Translations under genes and position numbers: made by a program | From: Felis catus | Lineage: Eukaryota | NCBI RefSeq assembly: GCF_018350175.1 | Contig: NC_058368.1 | Span: forward strand, 224,256,001-224,320,000 | Reading direction: 5' to 3' | Length of the DNA: 64,000 nucleotides | The notes under the pieces: model-generated | The model's input: only the letters and a program-made list of their open reading frames with translations | What the model was told of the DNA's origin: nothing | The model's database searches: none | Shown here: positions 62,249 to 64,000 of the stretch, piece after piece | How the letters are laid out: each line of letters begins with the position of its first letter | Numbering within the stretch: position 1 is the stretch's first letter

Positions 62249-64000
62249 AATGATTTGGACCCTGCTATGATCCAGAGCTTTTGGAAAACTATTGCTATAA
62301 AAGGGTTTCACAGGACCTAAACTGGAGGTATAACAGTAGCATATGTTAGTATTAAAATAGTTAGCTTTTTAAATTGTTATATTGTTGTATGTACAAATGA
62401 ATCATGTGAGCCTGAGGTTTGCTTAAAAATAATCCAGAAGGCAGAGGATCATATAAGTGAAACATAACTAGTTATATATTGATAATTATTGAAACTAGGT
62501 GATGGTTGAGACTTTTCTGTCTCTTTGATATTATACATAATAGATAATAGATTATACATATATTTGATACTATACATAATAGATATAGTAGTATCTAATA
62601 TGTATAGTAGTATACATAATAGATATAGTAGTAATTGAAAAAGGTAAAAAATAGGAAGGGTGTGGCTGAGATTTAGAAATTTTATGTTTCAAGAGTTTCC
62701 TGAATATTAACAGCCCCTTCCATCACGGGATTGATGATGCTCTCATAAAGCTAAAAAATACAAAATATTAATTCATCATTTCTAATATGATTTTGGAATC
62801 TCTTCAGTTAGGTAGAATTTACTTACCATAGTACACTTCCATGATCCCTCTATTTTGAAGACAAGAATTAGTTTCTCTGTGACTAGAACTCTATTCAGTG
62901 GGGGAAATGTTAACCCTATGGTGACAAAAATATTTTATTTGCTTGCCTTAAAATGTAAAAATGAAAGAGAATTGCCGAAGATATTTTTAAAAAGCAGCAT
63001 TGAACTGTATTGCTATTTTTCAAATGTATAAAAAATAAAAAAAGAACTTTATAAAGTTGATGCTGAATTTATTCAAAACAGAATAAAAAGTTAAGGGATA
63101 TATAAGAAAACCAAAACGATATATATGTTTCTGTGTGAGGAGCTGTGATAAGGAAAAAATAGAGTACCCTCTAACTGATTAGTCAGTGAATCTCCAAATG
63201 AAATGTATCAAACATTTGACAAGATTGAAAGGGAGGTGTGGCTGGTGAACCTTAATCAAAAAGCAGATCAAAAGACCATGCTCTTGAAAAATAATGAAAA
63301 AGGAAAAAGAAATGGGGGCAGGATAACAGTAGGAAAACAGAGTCACCATTTGAAACATCTTCTAAAATACCAGTAATTTTAAATGTTCTAAACATATGAA
63401 AGAATTATGAGAATATTTGTAAAAAGGAAGAAGTAAAAGAGACGATAATCAAAAATTTTATTAGACAGTGTTTCCTCATATTTGTAGTTTGTATAGGGAG
63501 ATTAGAGATATGCACATATATGCACAAATTATACACACACGGTGAAATAATAAATGATTTAAATCAGTTGTTAAACACCATAGACAAAAATCTTCAATAA
63601 TTTATTTAATTTATGTATAGCTTTTTATTTTACAAATTATAATGTTTTCAGGCATGCCGCCTAATGATTAACTCCTATTTGAACATAGTCATCTAATCTT
63701 GATCACATATATTACCATTGAGACTTCATTTCTAAGAAAATATGGTCATGGCTAATTTTTGAAAAATATATTACTTTAAATGTTTGTACCTTATAACATT
63801 TAATAGTAATATTTTATATCATTCATAAATGCATATCAATTATGTACTTTGTAACATTAATGCTTCCTTATGATACTCTAAATAACTTTTAAATTACTGA
63901 ACATTTTTACCAAGGGCACTTCAGCTCCACAATTCAGCTCCAAACAGTATAATATGTACTAACAACTTGGAATCTTGATTCTCATAAATTTATCTTAACC

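Larger units (their letters stand above)
60950..62640 (+). mobile_element. Old L1MC-like 3' region with nested insertions
   Basis: TCAACTTGAAGGGAATCCC, ATCATCATTTTGCAA, TGCTTAAAAATAATCCAG, TTGATAATTATTGAAACTAGGTGATGG. Confidence 0.65.

Overview
AT-rich mammalian non-coding DNA, almost certainly from a felid: it carries young SINEC_Fc-type Can-SINEs and cat-type L1 3' ends. I see no credible host protein-coding exon, RNA gene or CRISPR array, so this reads as a large intron or an intergenic region. The window is mostly interspersed repeats: 29 tRNA-derived Can-SINEs (many with readable target-site duplications, TSDs), L1 fragments of several ages, L2 and MIR relics, MaLR (MLT1) and ERV LTRs, DNA transposon fossils (MER20, MER44/Tigger7-like, a Tigger2-like element) and many microsatellites. 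The only ORFs with recognisable protein are L1 ORF2 fragments; the rest come from SINEs, microsatellites or chance. I cannot support a new biological system here. The best observations are mechanistic scars: a twin-primed 5'-inverted L1, an unexplained ~120-bp hairpin, serial SINE insertions reusing one target site, and several templated direct or inverted micro-insertions. Family names were assigned by eye from remembered consensus sequences and need Dfam/RepeatMasker confirmation. Boundaries of old repeats are approximate.
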